This document shows, piece after piece, positions 34,020-37,876 of a stretch of DNA of 37,876 nt. Made by a program: the position numbers and the translations under genes. The stretch is taken from the IMG/VR virus record IMGVR_UViG_3300037827_000189. One strand, given 5' to 3'. Within the stretch, counting starts at the first letter, position 1; every line of letters begins with the position of its first letter. The stretch is from a virus. The notes under the pieces are model-generated. The model searched no databases and was not told where the DNA came from. It saw only the letters and a list, made by a program, of their open reading frames with translations.

Positions 34020-34136
34020 ATGGCTGCTAAAGAAAAGAAAATGGACAAGAAAGAAGATAAGAAGATGGATAAAAAAATGGATAAGAAGATGGATCGTAAA
34101 GGTGAGAAAAAAGGTAAAAAAGATTGCCGTTACTAG
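34020..34136 (+). CDS. Lys-rich 38-aa micro-protein with KKMD repeats
   Basis: Hand-translated (MAAKEKKMDKKEDKKMDKKMDKKMDRKGEKKGKKDCRY). AAGGA lies upstream. The ORF sits in line with the operon. Confidence 0.4.
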   Translation: MAAKEKKMDKKEDKKMDKKMDKKMDRKGEKKGKKDCRY

Positions 34137-34145
34137 GAGAGAATC

Positions 34146-34355
34146 ATGGCTTATGCTGATATTCCGAGAAAACCTATTGAAGTACGAGAGGGTAGAAAAG
34201 AAGGATTTAAAGGACACGACCCTTTGATAAAAGAAGCTGGCAATACTGGTAAGTATGGAGTACGAACCGATGCGGCTGCTGAGGGTGTAGGTTATTTAGG
34301 TGTTGATGATTTGGATAGGATAAGACGTAAAAATCTTAAACATAAAACCCGCTAA
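34146..34355 (+). CDS. Hypothetical protein (69 aa)
   Basis: ORF track, with AGGAGA upstream. Confidence 0.6.
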   Translation: MAYADIPRKPIEVREGRKEGFKGHDPLIKEAGNTGKYGVRTDAAAEGVGYLGVDDLDRIRRKNLKHKTR

Positions 34356-34374
34356 ATTATATGGAGATAATTAA

Positions 34375-35244
34375 ATGACACAGACGACTACTATCACTTC
34401 GATTAAAAGGGAATTTAATTTATTCCCAAACATCGTAGGTATCAAATCAACCGCTGATTTAACCACTATCACAACCGCTGGTTATTTAACCAATGAAGAA
34501 GCCAATATTGAATTATTAAATAATGGCGTGTTTCAATGGGAATTAGAAGATATGGTTTTGATTTACTATGCTACCAATCAAATTGGCTGGTTTACTTATG
34601 ACGCTGCAAATGCCACTTTCGTAGCTTTATCACCTAACGGTGGAGTTTCAAGCACTTTAGCAAGCACCCATATTTTAGTAGGTAATGCTTCTAACGTGGC
34701 CACTTCTGTAGCCATGTCAGGTGATGGTACTTTAAGCAATACTGGTGTTTTAACCATCGGTGCTGGCGCGATTTCTGGCTCTAAGATTGCGAACAACGCT
34801 GTTGATTATGCTCAATTGGCTTTAGATGTCGCTGCCTCTGCAACAGTAGCTTTGACCGCTGCTCAAATCAATGGAATGTATGCTACTCCGGTTCAATTAA
34901 TCGCAGCACCTGGTGCTGGTAAACTTATTGTCATTGATAGCATGCTTTGGGATATCGCATTCGTATCTGCCCAATATGCTGCTGGTGGTGCTATTGCTGC
35001 TCAATATGGTAACACAGTTAATGGTGCTGGGCCTGCTGCTTCTGGTACTTTGGCGGCTGCTTCATTGAATGGTGTTGCTGCTAGTGGTTTCTTATCCAAT
35101 GCTGGAAGCTCTGGGTTGTTAAACGTTGCTGCTTCTGCTTCACTAAATACCGCCGTATTTTTATCAAATGCTACGGCTGCGTTTACCACTGGTGACAGTA
35201 CCGTAAATCTGTACATTCGATATAGAGTTGTTACACCTGCTTAA
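34375..35244 (+). CDS. Ala/Gly/Thr-rich fibre-like virion protein (289 aa)
   Basis: GDGTLSNTGVLTIGAGAISGSKIANNAVDYAQLA is a fibre-type motif. A strong terminator follows the gene. Confidence 0.65.
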   Translation: MTQTTTITSIKREFNLFPNIVGIKSTADLTTITTAGYLTNEEANIELLNNGVFQWELEDMVLIYYATNQIGWFTYDAANATFVALSPNGGVSSTLASTHILVGNASNVATSVAMSGDGTLSNTGVLTIGAGAISGSKIANNAVDYAQLALDVAASATVALTAAQINGMYATPVQLIAAPGAGKLIVIDSMLWDIAFVSAQYAAGGAIAAQYGNTVNGAGPAASGTLAAASLNGVAASGFLSNAGSSGLLNVAASASLNTAVFLSNATAAFTTGDSTVNLYIRYRVVTPA

Positions 35245-35278
35245 TGATTAAGATGCAAGGGATCGCTTTTATTTTGTG

Positions 35279-35323
35279 CCTGTAGGGATACTCAAGGATG
35301 AGATTAGCCCTACAGGTTTTTTT
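35279..35323 (+). terminator. Rho-independent terminator
   Basis: A 9-bp stem, CCTGTAGGG/CCCTACAGG, is followed by T7. Confidence 0.75.
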
Positions 35324-35343
35324 ATGTCAGGAGGACAGTTTTT

Positions 35344-35745
35344 ATGCAAGATTTACAGCAATGGATTAAATCGTGTGAAGACTTAAAGCTAGAGCCGTAT
35401 GTGGATACTACGGGTCACTTAACAATTGGATGGGGAAGGAACCTAGTAAATGGCATTCATCCTGATGAAGCCGAATTGATGTTTCATAACGATTTCAAAC
35501 AGACGGTTGATGAATTAGAACAATGCGACTGGTATCGAATGCAACCTCAAGGCGTTAAAAACGCACTCATTAATATGAACTTCAATCTTGGTATTGCCAA
35601 AATGAATGGCTTTAAAAAGATGATTGCTGCGCTAAAATCCAGGGATTACACCACGGCTGCATTTGAAGCGCTCAATAGTACCTGGGCTAAACAAGTACAT
35701 GGCCGAGCGACAGACATTGCGGTATTGATTCGGGAAGGCCAATGA
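35344..35745 (+). CDS. Endolysin, GH24 (T4-type) lysozyme
   Basis: EDLKLEPYVDTTGHLTIGWG aligns with the catalytic Glu/Asp/Thr region of T4 lysozyme. There is no signal sequence. Confidence 0.9.
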   Translation: MQDLQQWIKSCEDLKLEPYVDTTGHLTIGWGRNLVNGIHPDEAELMFHNDFKQTVDELEQCDWYRMQPQGVKNALINMNFNLGIAKMNGFKKMIAALKSRDYTTAAFEALNSTWAKQVHGRATDIAVLIREGQ

Positions 35746-36146
35746 GCCTCACGCCCGAACAGATTGATCACATTAACCTGGTCAATTGGTTTCACAAAGA
35801 GTTTCCCGAATTAGCCGATGATTTTCATCATTTTGCTAATGAAAGGAAATGCACAATCCAACAAGGTAAATTGCTCAAACGAATGGGGGTTAAAAAAGGT
35901 GTTGCAGATTTTTTCCTTGCCGTACCCGTTCAAAATGAATATGGAGTTTGGTGGGCTGGATTATGGATTGAATTAAAAGTAGGAAAAGGAAAATTATCAC
36001 CGGAACAATCACGCTTTATATGCCGTAAATTACTTAGGGGCTATGAAGCGATTGCGGTATGGGGAGAAGATGCTGCAAAATCAGTAATTTTGACGTATTT
36101 AAACAGGGATGTTAATCATGGAAAGCTTACGAGTAACGATTGTTAG
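35742..36146 (+). CDS. VRR-NUC domain nuclease
   Basis: GVKKGVADFFL....GLWIELKVGKGKLSPEQ matches the VRR-NUC D...E-x-K pattern. Confidence 0.8.
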   Translation: MSLTPEQIDHINLVNWFHKEFPELADDFHHFANERKCTIQQGKLLKRMGVKKGVADFFLAVPVQNEYGVWWAGLWIELKVGKGKLSPEQSRFICRKLLRGYEAIAVWGEDAAKSVILTYLNRDVNHGKLTSNDC

Positions 36147-36363
36147 AGATAATGGATATGAGTCATTTGTTATAGAAGATGTTGAGACTTTCTTAGAGAA
36201 GTTAAGAGCCAACTCTAGGATTGATGATAAATATAAACGAATGAATGCGGATGAATTGAGGCAATGGGTCGAGGATGACTTAACACTACATCAATTTGCA
36301 AAATTAAGAGGTATAAATGATTTACCAACAGGGAGCGTTGATAATGAGCGAAGCAAGCTATGA
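36118..36363 (+). CDS. Hypothetical protein (81 aa)
   Basis: ORF track frame. I prefer the ATG at 36118; the alternative is 36109. Confidence 0.55.
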   Translation: MESLRVTIVRDNGYESFVIEDVETFLEKLRANSRIDDKYKRMNADELRQWVEDDLTLHQFAKLRGINDLPTGSVDNERSKL

Positions 36364-36895
36364 GTTTGATCCGTGTAGTATTGATGAGAGCGATAAAGAA
36401 GAGCCAGTCACTTTAGATAATTGGAAGCCAACTGAGTATAAGCCGAAAATTGTTCCATCAAAATGGCGTGAAGACCAGATAGGAACTAATTTTAATCAAC
36501 AACCAGGTATCGATGAATTAAATAAAATCCACATGTATCTTAAGAAGAAAGCCTCTGATTCAGATATTATGAAAGCTTTCGGTATTACATGTGAAACTTT
36601 AGTAGCGATTAAAAAAGACAAGTATGATCCAGTCGAAGGTATTTCCCTTGATAACCAAAGCAAGATTTATAAAGAGTTCAAACGCCTTGAAGACCGCATT
36701 GAAAGCCTATTGCGTGGAATCAATCACATTGGTGAGTGTTTATTTATCGATAAAAAAGACAAGGCAACTTTTAAGAAATCATTCAAAAAACCTAAAAAAG
36801 CGAAACCTGGTAAAATACCAAAAGGTGAGGTTATTGATCAATCTGAGGAAATGTGTGAGCTTTCTGATGATTTCTGTTCGGATGAAGAGGAATAA
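36344..36895 (+). CDS. Hypothetical charged protein (183 aa)
   Basis: ORF track frame. I prefer the ATG at 36344 over 36317. Confidence 0.6.
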   Translation: MSEASYEFDPCSIDESDKEEPVTLDNWKPTEYKPKIVPSKWREDQIGTNFNQQPGIDELNKIHMYLKKKASDSDIMKAFGITCETLVAIKKDKYDPVEGISLDNQSKIYKEFKRLEDRIESLLRGINHIGECLFIDKKDKATFKKSFKKPKKAKPGKIPKGEVIDQSEEMCELSDDFCSDEEE

Positions 36896-36928
36896 ACTAA
36901 TCTGATTTACCCACGGTAAAAACAGTTG

Positions 36929-36955
36929 AGGCAGTCGATTTCGCTGCCTTTTTTA
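36929..36955. terminator. Bidirectional terminator between convergent operons
   Basis: An AGGCAG...CTGCCT stem has a T-run on the plus side and an A-run before it. Confidence 0.55.
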
Positions 36956-37429
36956 TAACGAAGGTTTTTTTCCAAGTTTTTTGCAATTTATCCTATGAAT
37001 TTCTTTTCGATGATATTTTGTTGGTTCTCTTTTATTTTTAGAAATTCGCAAATTATCCAATTCATTATGTAATTCGAAATGGCAGTTTCTACAAAGCAAT
37101 TGGCATTTATCAAGTTCTATTTTTAATTTATCCCAAGATTTTTGTATGCCAACACCTCCTAAATCAAAATTTTTAAGCAATGGGTCAATATGATGGAAAT
37201 CCAATGATCCAATATATTTGTTATATCCGCACAGCTCACATTTTCCGCCCTTATATTGAACGGCTTCCATCTTTTTTTTGATTCGATAAGCCGTAGTATA
37301 TTCCAGCATACATTTAGTGCATTTCCATTTTTCTATTTTTTTTCCATGTAATACCCATTCAGTTTCGCCATGAGAATTACAATATAAAAATTTTGTGATT
37401 GCTAATCTTGGTCTACCATATTTTTTCAT
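36953..37429 (-). CDS. HNH homing-type endonuclease
   Basis: CELCGY....DFHHIDP....LLCRNCHFELH is an HNH core flanked by CxxC pairs. Confidence 0.85.
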   Translation of the reverse strand: MKKYGRPRLAITKFLYCNSHGETEWVLHGKKIEKWKCTKCMLEYTTAYRIKKKMEAVQYKGGKCELCGYNKYIGSLDFHHIDPLLKNFDLGGVGIQKSWDKLKIELDKCQLLCRNCHFELHNELDNLRISKNKREPTKYHRKEIHRINCKKLGKKPSL

Positions 37430-37439
37430 TTAAACTCCT

Positions 37440-37467
37440 AAGTATGATTAACAATTATATCATACTT
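37440..37467. repeat. 9-bp perfect inverted repeat AAGTATGAT / ATCATACTT upstream of the HNH gene
   Basis: Read directly. It overlaps the minus-strand TGATATAAT element (37454-37462). Confidence 0.6.
37454..37462 (-). promoter_or_regulatory. Extended -10 element TGATATAAT upstream of the second HNH gene
   Basis: The reverse complement of attatatca reads TGATATAAT. AGGAG and the ATG at 37429 follow downstream. Confidence 0.4.
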
Positions 37468-37490
37468 ACTAGGAGCGGTTATCAATATAA

Positions 37491-37649
37491 TCAGACTTTA
37501 GGAGGAAGATAAACAAACGTACAAGTTTTCTCATCCATTAAAATATTTTTTTCTAAATATTCATAAAGATCGGGGCAAATTTTTTTTATCTCTTGTAAAG
37601 CTTCATTAATAGACTGCTTAACTTCTTCAAATGCTTCTTTTTCTTTCAT
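37491..37649 (-). CDS. Hypothetical small protein (52 aa)
   Basis: Hand-translated (MKEKEAFEEVKQSINEALQEIKKICPDLYEYL...). The start lies 7 nt after the upstream stop. It falls below the track size cutoff. Confidence 0.4.
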   Translation of the reverse strand: MKEKEAFEEVKQSINEALQEIKKICPDLYEYLEKNILMDEKTCTFVYLPPKV

Positions 37650-37656
37650 CTATGCC

Positions 37657-37876
37657 TCAGCGCGTTAAATTTGGTTTTGCATGACATTTTCTGCATTCTA
37701 CATGAGCACTTAGACCAGCATGGGTAGCACTTGGAATAGTTGATCCCCATTCATGTTCGCAATAGCTATCAATCATGGATTTTATTTTGGGAAGCATTTC
37801 GCTGGCACCTACTTCATATCCTTCTCTATCGCACAAAGAGATGGCCCTATAAATATCTTCCAGTTCTTCTTTCGTG
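37657..37876 (-). CDS. Small Cys-rich hypothetical protein, C-terminal part; its 5' end lies across the junction at 126
   Basis: The frame is open from the window end down to the TGA at 37659-37657 and is continuous with 1-126 through the 115-bp overlap. Confidence 0.5.
   Translation of the reverse strand, partial: TKEELEDIYRAISLCDREGYEVGASEMLPKIKSMIDSYCEHEWGSTIPSATHAGLSAHVECRKCHAKPNLTR
37762..37876. repeat. Terminal direct repeat, right copy, identical to 1-115
   Basis: Direct comparison of the two ends. Confidence 0.95.

Noticed and set aside
33909-34217. A 102-aa minus-strand ORF with repetitive FF/HL low-complexity sequence.
   Set aside because: It is the antisense reading of the AAG/GAT-rich repeat that encodes the Lys-rich micro-ORF. 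It opposes the operon direction and has no ribosome-binding site.
1-37876. tRNA genes, integrase/attP and CI repressor.
   Set aside because: Visual scanning for T-loop motifs (GGTTCGAATCC-like) found only in-frame coding matches, for example at 16526. No ORF shows tyrosine- or serine-recombinase or LexA/CI-like features. The absence is provisional without tRNAscan-SE and HMM searches.

Overview
The window is a complete dsDNA phage genome of about 37.76 kb. It was linearised inside a small ORF, and bases 1-115 are identical to 37762-37876. I read four transcription units. (1) A leftward early operon runs from 6231 down through position 1 and the junction to 36953. It encodes a PD-(D/E)XK exonuclease, RecT, small proteins, an SF2 helicase, an ORF-free block, small ORFs and an HNH. 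(2) A rightward early operon (6400-11733) encodes a Cro/YdaS-like HTH, an SPFH lipoprotein, a replication initiator with internal iterons and a CspA-family protein. (3) A short leftward operon (13486-11723) includes a J-domain protein. (4) A long rightward late operon (13783-36895) encodes TerS, TerL, portal, scaffold, capsid, podovirus-like tail and internal-virion proteins, three fibre-like proteins, an Endo VII-type HNH, a GH24 endolysin and VRR-NUC. I saw no integrase, CI-type repressor, DNA polymerase, primase, tRNA or CRISPR array. The most unusual element is a roughly 710-nt ORF-free, GC-enriched, hairpin-dense block (127-837, minus strand) inside the leftward early operon. I interpret it as a candidate large structured ncRNA of unassigned class. 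Other points of interest are palindromic iterons inside the replication gene, a perfect DnaA box at the early/late switch region, and an 11-bp tandem repeat between portal and scaffold. There is also an antisense pair of small membrane-protein genes inside the structural operon, and two HNH genes that each follow the same TGATATAAT extended -10 element. Everything here comes from reading the sequence and remembered family motifs. No database search or folding program was run.
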